Made by a program: the position numbers and the translations under genes. From Candidatus Versatilivorator sp. (GTDB lineage Bacteria > Acidobacteriota > Terriglobia > Versatilivoradales > Versatilivoraceae), in NCBI GenBank assembly GCA_965207735.1, contig OZ242296.1, positions 2,720,001 to 2,784,000 on the forward strand: a DNA stretch of 64,000 nt, written 5' to 3'. The notes beneath the pieces are model-generated. The model ran no database searches and had not been told where the DNA came from. It saw only the letters and a program-made list of their open reading frames with translations. Positions 49,401-58,269 of this stretch are shown piece by piece; position 1 is the first letter of the stretch; each line of letters opens with the position of its first letter.

Positions 49401-52400
49401 CAGCACAACGGTGTAGGCTTTCGATGCCCCTTCAGGAATGGACAAGTTGGTGGGGGTTATCCTGACCCCGACACTGTCATCATCTCTGACAGAGATGCGG
49501 ACGGCTCTCAACATCAGGCCATCATAGGCTCCATCCGAGCTGATGGTTGAATGGGCCAGCATGGCGATGTCATCTGCCGCATCATCGTCGGAAGCAGCGT
49601 CCACGGCTACGGTCCGGGGTTGGTCCCAATTGGATCCGGTAAAGGTCAAGGTTCCTTGCCTGACGCTGATGTCCGGGTCCCCGCTGTGAGTGATGGTGAT
49701 GGTCACATCGTGGGAAGGTTGTGAAGTCAGAACTACCTGATAGCTGTCGCTGCCTCCCTCGGCAATAGTCAGCTTGGCCGGCAAGATCGACACACGGGCG
49801 GTCTCGTCGTCGGTGACGCTCACGTCCACTTCTGAAATCCTGATTCCGTTGTAGTCCCCGTCGCTGCTGGTAACCGTGTGGCTGAATGTCGCCGTATCAT
49901 CTATGGCATCGTCATCTTGGGCTGCAGAGACTGTCACCATCTGCGCCATCTCCCAGTCGGAACCAGTGAAAGTCAACTCCTGGTCATCGATGCCAATGTC
50001 TCCATCCCCGCTACGACTGATAGTGATGGTCACGTCGTGGGAGGGCTCAGAGGTCAGGACCACCTCATAGCTGTCGCTGCTTCCTTCGGCAATGGTCAAT
50101 TGCGTTGGCCTGATCGACACACCCGCGGTCTCGTCATCGGTGACGGTCACGTCCACTTCCGCAGCCGTGATCCCGTTGTAGTCCCCATCGCCGCTGGTAA
50201 CCGTGTGGCTGAACGTCGCCGTATCGTCGACGGCATCGTCATCTTGGGCTGCAGAGACTGTCACCATCTGCGCCGTCGCCCAGTTGGAACCAGTGAAAGC
50301 CAACTCCTGGTCATCGATGCCAATGTCTCCATCCCCGCTGTGGGTGATGGTGACCGTTACTTCGTGGGTCGGTTGCGAGGTCAACACCACCTCATAGCTG
50401 TCACCGTCTCCTTCAGCGATGGTCAGTTGCGTTGGCGTGATCGAAACGCCCGCGGTCTCGTCATCGGTGACGGTCACGTCCACTTCCGCAACAGCGATAC
50501 CGCTGTAGTCCGAGTCGGTGCTGGAAACGCTGTGGCTGAACGTCGCCGTGTCATCGATGGCATCGTCGTCCTGGCCAGCGGAGACTGTCACCATCTGCGC
50601 CGTCGCCCAGTCGGAACCAGTGAAAGCCAACTCCTGGTCATCGATGCCAATGTCTCCATCCCCGCTGCGGGTGATGGTGACCGTTACTTCGTGGGTCGGT
50701 TGCGAGGTCAACACCACCTCATAGCTGTCACCGTCTCCTTCAGCAATGGTCAGTTGCGTCGGTGTAATTGACACGCCGGCGGTCTCATCGTCGGTAACGG
50801 TGACATCCACTCCCGAAACCGTGATCCCGTTGTAGTCTGTATCGTTGCTAGCAACGCTGTGGCTGAACGTCGCCGTGTCATCGATGGCATCGTCGTCCTG
50901 GCCAGCGGAGACTGTCACCATCTGCGCCGTCGCCCAGTCGGAACCAGTGAAAGCCAACTCCTGGTCATCGATGCCAATGTCTCCATCCCCGCTGCGGGTG
51001 ATGGTGACCGTTACTTCGTGGGTCGGTTGCGAGGTCAACACCACCTCATAGCTGTCACCGTCTCCTTCAGCGATGGTCAGTTGCGTTGGCGTGATCGAAA
51101 CGCCCGCGGTCTCGTCATCGGTGACGGTCACGTCCACTTCCGCAACAGCGATACCGCTGTAGTCCGAGTCGGTGCTGGAAACGCTGTGGCTGAACGTCGC
51201 CGTGTCATCGATGGCATCGTCGTCCTGGCCAGCGGAGACTGTCACCGTTTGCGCCGTCGCCCAGTCGGAACCAGTGAAAGCCAACTCCTGGTCATCGATG
51301 CCAATGTCTCCATCCCCGCTGCGGGTGATGGTGACCGTTACTTCGTGGGTCGGTTGCGAGGTCAACACCACCTCATAGCTGTCACCGTCTCCTTCAGCGA
51401 TGGTCAGTTGCGTTGGCGTGATCGAAACGCCCGCGGTCTCGTCATCGGTGACGGTCACGTCCACTTCCGCAACAGCGATACCGCTGTAGTCCGAGTCGGT
51501 GCTGGAAACGCTGTGGCTGAACGTCGCCGTGTCATCGATGGCATCGTCGTCTTGGCCAGCAGAGACTGTCACCATCTGCGCCGTCGCCCAGTCGGAACCA
51601 GTGAAAGCCAACTCCTGGTCATCGATGCCAATGTCTCCATCCCCGCTGCGGGTGATGGTGACCGTTACTTCGTGGGTCGGTTGCGAGGTCAACACCACCT
51701 CATAGCTGTCACCGTCTCCTTCAGCAATGGTCAGTTGCGTCGGTGTAATTGACACGCCGGCGGTCTCATCGTCGGTAACGGTGACATCCACTCCCGAAAC
51801 CGTGATCCCGTTGTAGTCTGTATCGTTGCTAGCAACGCTGTGGCTGAACGTCGCCGTGTCATCGATGGCATCGTCGTCCTGGCCAGCGGAGACTGTCACC
51901 GTTTGCGCCGTCGCCCAGTCGGAACCAGTGAAAGCCAACTCCTGGTCATCGATGCCAATGTCTCCATCCCCGCTGCGGGTGATGGTGACCGTTACTTCGT
52001 GGGTCGGTTGCGAGGTCAACACCACCTCATAGCTGTCACCGTCTCCTTCAGCGATGGTCAGTTGCGTTGGCGTGATCGAAACGCCCGCGGTCTCGTCATC
52101 GGTGACGGTCACGTCCACTTCCGCAACAGCGATACCGCTGTAGTCCGAGTCGGTGCTGGAAACGCTGTGGCTGAACGTCGCCGTGTCATCGATGGCGTCG
52201 TCATCTTGGGCCGCAGAAACCGTCACCGTCTGCGCTTGGTTCCAGTCGGAGTCACTGAAGGTCAGCTCCGGATCATCTAGGCTGATGTCCGCATCCCCGA
52301 TGCGGGTGATGGTGATGGTCACGTCGTGGGCGGGCTCGGAGGTCAGGACTACCTCGTAGCTGTCGTTGCTTCCTTCGGCAATGGTCAATTGCGTTGGCCT

Positions 52401-52418
52401 GATCGACACACCGGCGGT
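46464..52418 (-). CDS. Giant adhesin, 3' part: Calx-beta/Ig-like repeats plus C-terminal autotransporter-type beta-barrel
   Basis: In frame with 52419-57374 beyond a TAG. VxVTDDE repeats; barrel region LWGHGD...LAGLSFARSWG...LHPYLYW...terminal IPF. Confidence 0.85.
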   Translation of the reverse strand, partial: TAGVSIRPTQLTIAEGSNDSYEVVLTSEPAHDVTITITRIGDADISLDDPELTFSDSDWNQAQTVTVSAAQDDDAIDDTATFSHSVSSTDSDYSGIAVAEVDVTVTDDETAGVSITPTQLTIAEGDGDSYEVVLTSQPTHEVTVTITRSGDGDIGIDDQELAFTGSDWATAQTVTVSAGQDDDAIDDTATFSHSVASNDTDYNGITVSGVDVTVTDDETAGVSITPTQLTIAEGDGDSYEVVLTSQPTHEVTVTITRSGDGDIGIDDQELAFTGSDWATAQMVTVSAGQDDDAIDDTATFSHSVSSTDSDYSGIAVAEVDVTVTDDETAGVSITPTQLTIAEGDGDSYEVVLTSQPTHEVTVTITRSGDGDIGIDDQELAFTGSDWATAQTVTVSAGQDDDAIDDTATFSHSVSSTDSDYSGIAVAEVDVTVTDDETAGVSITPTQLTIAEGDGDSYEVVLTSQPTHEVTVTITRSGDGDIGIDDQELAFTGSDWATAQMVTVSAGQDDDAIDDTATFSHSVASNDTDYNGITVSGVDVTVTDDETAGVSITPTQLTIAEGDGDSYEVVLTSQPTHEVTVTITRSGDGDIGIDDQELAFTGSDWATAQMVTVSAGQDDDAIDDTATFSHSVSSTDSDYSGIAVAEVDVTVTDDETAGVSITPTQLTIAEGDGDSYEVVLTSQPTHEVTVTITHSGDGDIGIDDQELAFTGSNWATAQMVTVSAAQDDDAVDDTATFSHTVTSGDGDYNGITAAEVDVTVTDDETAGVSIRPTQLTIAEGSSDSYEVVLTSEPSHDVTITISRSGDGDIGIDDQELTFTGSDWEMAQMVTVSAAQDDDAIDDTATFSHTVTSSDGDYNGIRISEVDVSVTDDETARVSILPAKLTIAEGGSDSYQVVLTSQPSHDVTITITHSGDPDISVRQGTLTFTGSNWDQPRTVAVDAASDDDAADDIAMLAHSTISSDGAYDGLMLRAVRISVRDDDSVGVRITPTNLSIPEGASKAYTVVLTSKPTHAVVLAANSDNSDLTPLPASLTFIPVDWNVPQTIRARAAQDDDALDERARFNHSAASADPTYQGIPVEEVGITVSDNDTARVKVTPTRLEMPEDASTTYTVALTSRPSQPVVVALSHSGDADISADVAQVTFEPSEWDHPGTVTVQASRDLDAVDDVATLRHSASSSDSTYDGASVDPVRITVGDLDSAGVIVTPLNLAIDEGDSGTYTVVLTSKPTQDVVVEVDRRGDEDAVTQPDSLTFSVSNWNEPQAVTVQTLQDPDAMDDTATLLHSTSSMDGAFSGLTVSDVSVSVIDDDTTGVIVSPLELTILEGTFKTCTVALASEPSAEVHLSLSSNNNDLSPSPASLAFSPTSWSTAHEVRLPIAQDADATDEVATLTLAATSSDAAYHGIPAPAISVDITDDDAAGVKIVPNPHMSVPEGESATYTVVLLSRPMAAVAVAISSSNPQLLVAALDEVTFTRDNWNIAQTVRFDTLDDDNTLDESEVFSHSATSLDPNYKSISVRPLLVTITDRTAEELTHTLPVLLSAMSGALAESVQTAVESRFERRRQLQRMKQEQGWWMPTFYQDRSQHSPGFDPSGGPEKGPVHSRTSFGLPLAGNSFGGSYWRPVLWGHGDSQHFNGNGSRVDFRGGLRATHVGLDLFSNRQVLAGLSFARSWGEMSYSDDREGRLAARFNTLHPYLYWQPHRRLSLWGIGGTGRGAVDLMDPRLAHVFDAEFRMWTVGLRSLLAKPGKNELAFRLDGFMSDIGIDSYERIGEVYGSASRARAMLEVVHQRGGRKRSFSLKGELGGRLDRGEAVHGTAIETGLRLGFIDNPTGLDLALLGRMLLLHDGGYKDWGGGLQASWDPGNKRRGLRMSAAASHGQNGGGGAALWDYAYASGRGRSLPGNPVSVNRIESEGAYGVEVLRGRGLLTPFSRLRWSGHGKEISVGSEFDLQPPSPDTNPLNLELEGTRGKSSRGANTGVRIRMSIPF

Positions 52419-53400
52419 CTAGTCATCGGTGACGGTCACGTCCACTTCCGCAGCCGTGATCCCGTTGTAGTCCCCATCGCCGCTGGTAACCGTGTGGCTG
52501 AACGTCGCCGTATCGTCGACGGCATCGTCATCTTGGGCTGCAGAGACTGTCACCATCTGCGCCGTCGCCCAGTTGGAACCAGTGAAAGCCAACTCCTGGT
52601 CATCGATGCCAATGTCTCCATCCCCGCTGTGGGTGATGGTGACCGCTACTTCGTGGGTCGGTTGCGAGGTCAACACCACCTCATAGCTGTCACCGTCTCC
52701 TTCAGCGATGGTCAGTTGCGTTGGCGTGATCGAAACGCCCGCGGTCTCGTCATCGGTGACGGTCACGTCCACTTCCGCAACAGCGATACCGCTGTAGTCC
52801 GAGTCGGTGCTGGAAACGCTGTGGCTGAACGTCGCCGTGTCATCGATGGCATCGTCGTCCTGGCCAGCGGAGACTGTCACCATCTGCGCCGTCGCCCAGT
52901 CGGAACCAGTGAAAGCCAACTCCTGGTCATCGATGCCAATGTCTCCATCCCCGCTGCGGGTGATGGTGACCGTTACTTCGTGGGTAGGTTGCGAGGTCAA
53001 CACCACCTCATAGCTGTCACCGTGCCCTTCAGCGATGGTCAGTTGCGTTGGCGTGATTGACACGCCCGCAGTCTCATCGTCGGTGACGGTGACGTCCACA
53101 TCCGAAACCGTGATCCCGTTGTAGTCCGCATCGTTGCTAGCAACGGTGTGGCTGAGCGTGGCCATATCATCGATGGCGTCGTCGTCATGTGAGGCCGAGA
53201 CTGTCACCGCCTGCGTTTGGCTCCAATCAGAGTCACTGAAGGTCAACTCCTGGTCATCGATGCTGATGTCCTGGTCCCCGCTGTGGGTGATGGTGATCGT
53301 CACATCGTGGGACGGCTTCGAGGTCAGTACGACATCGTAGCTGTCGCTGCCTCCTTCGGCAATGGTCAGCCGCGTTGGCGCGATTGACACGCCGGCCGAA
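49800..53400 (-). repeat. 11 tandem 327-bp (109-aa) near-identical coding repeats
   Basis: Unit AGVSITPTQLTIAEG...VDVTVTDDET; the antisense shadow ORFs recur every 327 bp. Confidence 0.93.
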
Positions 53401-56400
53401 TCGTCATCGGTCAGATTCACGGAGAGCGGGGCGCTGTCCCGATAGCCATCGGCGCCGGCGATGAGTCTTATTTCCTCGGCGCCCTCGACAACAGAGTCAT
53501 CGACAACGGTCAACTCCGCTTCACCGGAGGTTGCCCCGCTTTCAATGGTCAGCATGGCTACCGTATAGTCGGTTTCGTTGGCAGCCCGACCTGAATGAGT
53601 CAGGTTGATGGTCAGGTCATCGACCGGCTCTTCGCCGCTGGCAACGGCAGCAGTGACCGTAGCTGTCCCGTCCGGCTCCGAAACACTGGTCTGATCGCTT
53701 GCGAGGGTGATTGCTGGCAGCGGTGGCGGCTCGTCGTTGTCACGGATGTTCACGGACACGCCGGAGATGGATATGCCGGAACAACCCTCGTCGGTACTGG
53801 ATGCCGTGTGGGCGATGGTTGCCCTGCCGTCGGAAGCATCGTCATCCTCACCTGCCTCCATCGTTACCCGTTGGGAAATATGCCAGTTCGCGGTGGTGAA
53901 GGTAAGAGAGGGTCTGTCTGCCGACAGGCTGGGGTCGCCTGTCAGGTCGAGCGTGATGGTAACGCTTGCCGAAGGGCTTGTGGCTAATACCACGTCGTAG
54001 TAGGCGCCATTGCTGTCCCCCTCATCGATGGTGAGACGGGTGGGCGTGACGGTTGCTCCGCAGCCGTCGGTATCGTCGTCGGCAACATTGACCGTGACGC
54101 CAACGGCAGCACCGCCATAGGACGAGGGAGGGGTATTGGTAATCCTTGCCTGCCCGGTTGCCGTACCCGATTGTTCGTCCGCGAAGACCTGAACGGGTTG
54201 ATCCCTGTTCCAGTCGGTCGTAGTGAAGGTGAGGGAGGATGTGTTTTTTTTCACCCTTGAGTCTCCTCCGGATTCGATGTCTACCGCGACGGTGACATCA
54301 CCGCTCGGCCTCGTTTTCAGCCTTACGTTATAGGTCTCTCCGGTAGTTCCCTCAGTAATATTGAGCGTCGTGGGTGTGACGGAGAGACCCGGGCTAGAGG
54401 CTCGGCTTCTAACGGTGACGCGAACGGTGTCAGTCACAGCGCGATTGCCGCTATAGCCCGGGTTCGAGGCCGTGAGGGTGTAGGTTGTGCCTTGGCCGGG
54501 GCTCACCTTGGTGTCTCCGGATTCGTCATCAAAGGACACCAAGCCGACTCCCTGGTCAATGGAGACATTGGTGGCGTGGGTCGTGGTCCATTTCAGGCTG
54601 GAATCTTCACCTTCATCGATGGTCGAAGGCGACGCGGTAAAACTGTCTACGCTCGGTCGGCTCCAAACGGTGACCGAGACAGTGGCGGTGGCTGCATCGG
54701 CGCCGGTATAGGCCGGATTCGAGGCCATAAGCCTGTAGCTCGTACTCCTGGAGGTTTCGGCTGTAGACGGTTGAGGAGGAGTGACACTTCGCCCTCCTTT
54801 GGAACTGTCAAGCGGAACCGTCCCGATTCCCTGGTTGATGGAGGTGCCGGAAGCATGGCTGGTAGCCCAGATCAGCCTGGTGGATTGCTGCTTTCCAAGG
54901 GTCGAGGAGTCGGCACTGAAACGACCCACGTGTGGCGGTCGCCAAACGGTAATGGTGACGCTGCAGGTGCCGGGATTGCCTCCACCCGAGGCGGTAAACC
55001 GGTAGGTTGTGGATCTGGAGGTTTCAGCCGCTCCAGGCGGAGGCGGTGTAACGGTCCTGCCTCCCGCGGGGCTGTCAAGTGGAACCGTCCCAACACCTTG
55101 ATTGATCGTGACGCTATCGGCGTTAGTGCTGTCCCAACTCAGGGTCGAAGAGCCGCCAAGTTGGATGTTGGTGTCGCCGGCCCCGCAGGCAATGGTCGTC
55201 GCCGCGACGGTTACTGAGGTGCTGTTCAGGTCGTAGCCGTCATAGCGGGAATCGCTACTGTCCACGTCATAGGTAATGGTAGTGCTCCCGACTCTCTGCC
55301 CGGTCACTTTGAAAGCCTGCGCCGTGTTCCAGTTTCCGGTACTGAAGCTCTTTGATCCGGTTACCGTAGCGGTACCGGTGGTCTGGCTGGATGCGTCAAT
55401 GGCTACGGTACCAGTGGGTTGACTACTCAGCCGCGGGCTATAGTAGGTCTTGGTCTGACCGACGAGTACCCTTGTATGCGATGGGGGTTGGGTGATTCCG
55501 GCCGGGGGCTGCGGGACCGTCACCACGTTAACAGCGACGCGAACGGTGTCGGTCGCCGCGCGAGCGCCGCTATAGCCCGGATTCGAGGCCGTGAGGGTGT
55601 AGGTTGTGCCTTGATCGGGGGCAACCGTGGTGTTTCCGGATTCGTCATCAACGGACACCGAGCCGACTCCCTGGTCAATGGAGACATTGGTGGCGTGGGT
55701 CGTGGTCCATTTCAGGCTGGAATTTTCACCTTCATTGATGGTCGAAGGCGACGCGGTGAAACTGTCCACGCTCGGTCGGTTCCAAACAGTGACCGAAACA
55801 GTGGCAGTGGCTGCATCGGCGCCGGAATAGGCCGGATTCGAAGCCGTCAGCCTGTAGCTCGTACTCTTGGAGGTTTCGGCTGTAGACGGTTGAGGAGGAG
55901 TTGCACTCCGACCTCCTTCGGAACTGTCAAGCGGAACCGTCCCGATTCCCTGGTTGATGGAGGCGCCGGAAGCATGGCTGGTAGCCCAGGTCAGCCTGGT
56001 TGTCTGCTGCTCTCTCAGAGTTGCGGGATCGGCGCTGAAACGATCCACGCTCGGCGGCCGCCAAACGGTCAACGTTACGCTGCAGGTGCCGGGATTGCCT
56101 CCACCAGCGGCGGTAAACCGGTAGGTTGTGGACCTGGAGGTTTCAGCCGCTCCAGGCTGAGGAGGTGTAACGGTCCTGCCTCCCACCGGGCTGTCTACCG
56201 GAACCGACCCAACACCTTGGTCAATGGTAACGCTATCGGCGTTAGTGCTGTCCCAACTCAGAGTTGTGGAGCCGCCAAGTTGGATGTTGGTGTCGCCGGC
56301 CCCGCAGGTAATGGAAGTCGCCGCAACGGTTACCGAGGTGCTGTTCAGGTCGTAGCCGTCATAGCGAGAATCGCTACTGCCCACGTCATGAGTGATGGTA

Positions 56401-57374
56401 GTGCTCCCTACGCTCTTCCCGGTCACTTTGAAAGCCTGTGCCGTGTTCCAGTTTCCGGTACTGAAGCTCTTTGATCCGGTTACCGTACCGGTACCGGTGG
56501 TCTGGCTGGATGCGTTAATGGTTACGGTGCCGGTGGGTCGACTACTCAGCCGCGGGCTGTAGTAGGTCTTGGTCTGACCGACGAGTACGCTTGTATGCGA
56601 TGGGGGCCGGGTGATTCCGGCTGGCGTCTGCAGAACAGTCACTGGAAGGCTGTCAATGATCAGTCCCTGATAGTTGAAATCTTCACTGGTGGCTGAGTGG
56701 CTGATGGTTGCTCCGGTGCTGGTGGCGTCAGCGTCGACAGAAACGGTAAAGCTCTGAGTTCTGTTCCAGGTTCCGACATAAAACGTCCGTGAGGAAGGAG
56801 ATACGCGGACATCGCTCCGGCTGCTTGAGGCCCAGACCGTCACCGATGCGGTTGGCACCTCGGTCAAGGACACACTGTAGTTGCCGGATTTCCCCTTTCG
56901 GAGGGAGAGGCCGGAGGAGGGACTGATATTGACTTCGTGGCTGGGGACAAATCGGTCCAGTACGGTCACGGTCAGGCTCGACAAGGCATTGGCAGTAGCC
57001 GCCTTCGGGTTTGCTGCTACCCCCCGCCTGTCGGAAGGCGCGCGAACAGAATGACTCACGGTGGCTCGGTCATCCTCGGCATCGGCATCCTTGATCGCCT
57101 CTACCGTGATCGTTCGGGGGCTGTCCCAGTCGTCTGCGGTAAAAGCGAGCGAATCGGGTTTGATCCTTATGTCGCTGTTGGTTGTCGTAATATCCAGCGT
57201 GATTTCGGCAGACGGTTGCGCATCCAGATGCACCTTGTAGAAGCCTTTTCCACCCTCGTCGATGGTCAGGCTCGACTTTGAAATGCGTATCTGTGCTGTG
57301 GCTTCGCCGACGAGAAGGGACAGCACCAAACAGATCCAAATTCCGCCGACCGTGAGCCTGCAATTGCGTTTCAT
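52419..57374 (-). CDS. Giant adhesin, 5' part: signal peptide, Ser/Thr-rich Ig/PKD-like and Calx-beta-like domains; ends at an internal amber codon
   Basis: GGGAGG RBS, signal peptide ...GEATAQ, duplicated ~373-aa block, 109-aa repeats; TAG at 52419-52421. Confidence 0.85.
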   Translation of the reverse strand: MKRNCRLTVGGIWICLVLSLLVGEATAQIRISKSSLTIDEGGKGFYKVHLDAQPSAEITLDITTTNSDIRIKPDSLAFTADDWDSPRTITVEAIKDADAEDDRATVSHSVRAPSDRRGVAANPKAATANALSSLTVTVLDRFVPSHEVNISPSSGLSLRKGKSGNYSVSLTEVPTASVTVWASSSRSDVRVSPSSRTFYVGTWNRTQSFTVSVDADATSTGATISHSATSEDFNYQGLIIDSLPVTVLQTPAGITRPPSHTSVLVGQTKTYYSPRLSSRPTGTVTINASSQTTGTGTVTGSKSFSTGNWNTAQAFKVTGKSVGSTTITHDVGSSDSRYDGYDLNSTSVTVAATSITCGAGDTNIQLGGSTTLSWDSTNADSVTIDQGVGSVPVDSPVGGRTVTPPQPGAAETSRSTTYRFTAAGGGNPGTCSVTLTVWRPPSVDRFSADPATLREQQTTRLTWATSHASGASINQGIGTVPLDSSEGGRSATPPQPSTAETSKSTSYRLTASNPAYSGADAATATVSVTVWNRPSVDSFTASPSTINEGENSSLKWTTTHATNVSIDQGVGSVSVDDESGNTTVAPDQGTTYTLTASNPGYSGARAATDTVRVAVNVVTVPQPPAGITQPPSHTRVLVGQTKTYYSPRLSSQPTGTVAIDASSQTTGTATVTGSKSFSTGNWNTAQAFKVTGQRVGSTTITYDVDSSDSRYDGYDLNSTSVTVAATTIACGAGDTNIQLGGSSTLSWDSTNADSVTINQGVGTVPLDSPAGGRTVTPPPPGAAETSRSTTYRFTASGGGNPGTCSVTITVWRPPHVGRFSADSSTLGKQQSTRLIWATSHASGTSINQGIGTVPLDSSKGGRSVTPPQPSTAETSRSTSYRLMASNPAYTGADAATATVSVTVWSRPSVDSFTASPSTIDEGEDSSLKWTTTHATNVSIDQGVGLVSFDDESGDTKVSPGQGTTYTLTASNPGYSGNRAVTDTVRVTVRSRASSPGLSVTPTTLNITEGTTGETYNVRLKTRPSGDVTVAVDIESGGDSRVKKNTSSLTFTTTDWNRDQPVQVFADEQSGTATGQARITNTPPSSYGGAAVGVTVNVADDDTDGCGATVTPTRLTIDEGDSNGAYYDVVLATSPSASVTITLDLTGDPSLSADRPSLTFTTANWHISQRVTMEAGEDDDASDGRATIAHTASSTDEGCSGISISGVSVNIRDNDEPPPLPAITLASDQTSVSEPDGTATVTAAVASGEEPVDDLTINLTHSGRAANETDYTVAMLTIESGATSGEAELTVVDDSVVEGAEEIRLIAGADGYRDSAPLSVNLTDDDSAGVSIAPTRLTIAEGGSDSYDVVLTSKPSHDVTITITHSGDQDISIDDQELTFSDSDWSQTQAVTVSASHDDDAIDDMATLSHTVASNDADYNGITVSDVDVTVTDDETAGVSITPTQLTIAEGHGDSYEVVLTSQPTHEVTVTITRSGDGDIGIDDQELAFTGSDWATAQMVTVSAGQDDDAIDDTATFSHSVSSTDSDYSGIAVAEVDVTVTDDETAGVSITPTQLTIAEGDGDSYEVVLTSQPTHEVAVTITHSGDGDIGIDDQELAFTGSNWATAQMVTVSAAQDDDAVDDTATFSHTVTSGDGDYNGITAAEVDVTVTDD

Positions 57375-58269
57375 AACCTCCCCCCAACCGTCTCCGGAAG
57401 GAACCTTTTCGTACCCTTCCTGGTCCTTGCGCGCGGAAATGCCGTGAGAGGGAGGTCGGCTTCATCGAAAGTCAGGACAAAAAATGAAATCAGGACGTGC
57501 TTGGCCGTTGCTTCGACCGGAATAGGCCAAGCGCTAAACTCGACGGTTCAGTGGAAACTCAACCGTCCGTTTGTGTCGTTGAGGGAGCTTGGTTGTGAGG
57601 GAGACTTACTGCGATCAGGTTTCGGCCAGCCTTCCTCGAAAACCCGATTTTCTACATGCGTCAGGGCACACCTGTAGTCGGAAGATGTCCCACGAAAGAG
57701 AGTTCAATGATTTGTGCGTTTCATCCTCAACGCTCGGCGCCGAGGGCAATGGCTGTCAAAACGTGGATATTCGAATTCCACGAATCGATGTGAGGGAGTT
57801 ATTCCGCATTTCTGATCGCGAGAGGCTGTCCTCTCCAAATTGTCTTCACGTCCCAGCAGTCAGTGGCAGAATCGTAACCCTCTACAAACAGGGCCTCTTC
57901 CGCAAACCGCAAACCCCCGTGCCGCGTCATCTGAACCACCATGCGGACCCCGTCAACGATGCTACGGCAGGTCACGCTCCAAGGAAGCCGGCCGGTTGCC
58001 TGCGCGGCACAACCGGCAAGCCTCGCCAGAGCCGTTTGAGCGCTATTGGCATGGATGGTAGTCAGCGACCCACCGTGGCCGGTATTGAGGGCTTGCAAGA
58101 GGTCCGCGGCTTCCCCACCGCGGACCTCGCCCATGACGATGTGATCCGGTCGGTGGCGCAGCGCGTGTCGTACCAAGTTCCGAATCGTCACCGTGTCCTT
58201 GAGTCCACGAGCCTCGAATCGAAGACAGTTGCTGCGTTTAATGTGCAACTCCAGCACATCTTCTATAGT

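Noticed and set aside
52419-52421. Pyrrolysine or genetic-code reassignment at the amber codon
   Set aside because: TAG ends ordinary genes here (e.g. glmS, TPR, AAA+), sister repeats have GAG, and no pyl genes are visible.
49876-53340. Array of repeated 64-68-aa plus-strand ORFs
   Set aside because: Antisense reflections of the 327-bp adhesin repeats, not a peptide array.
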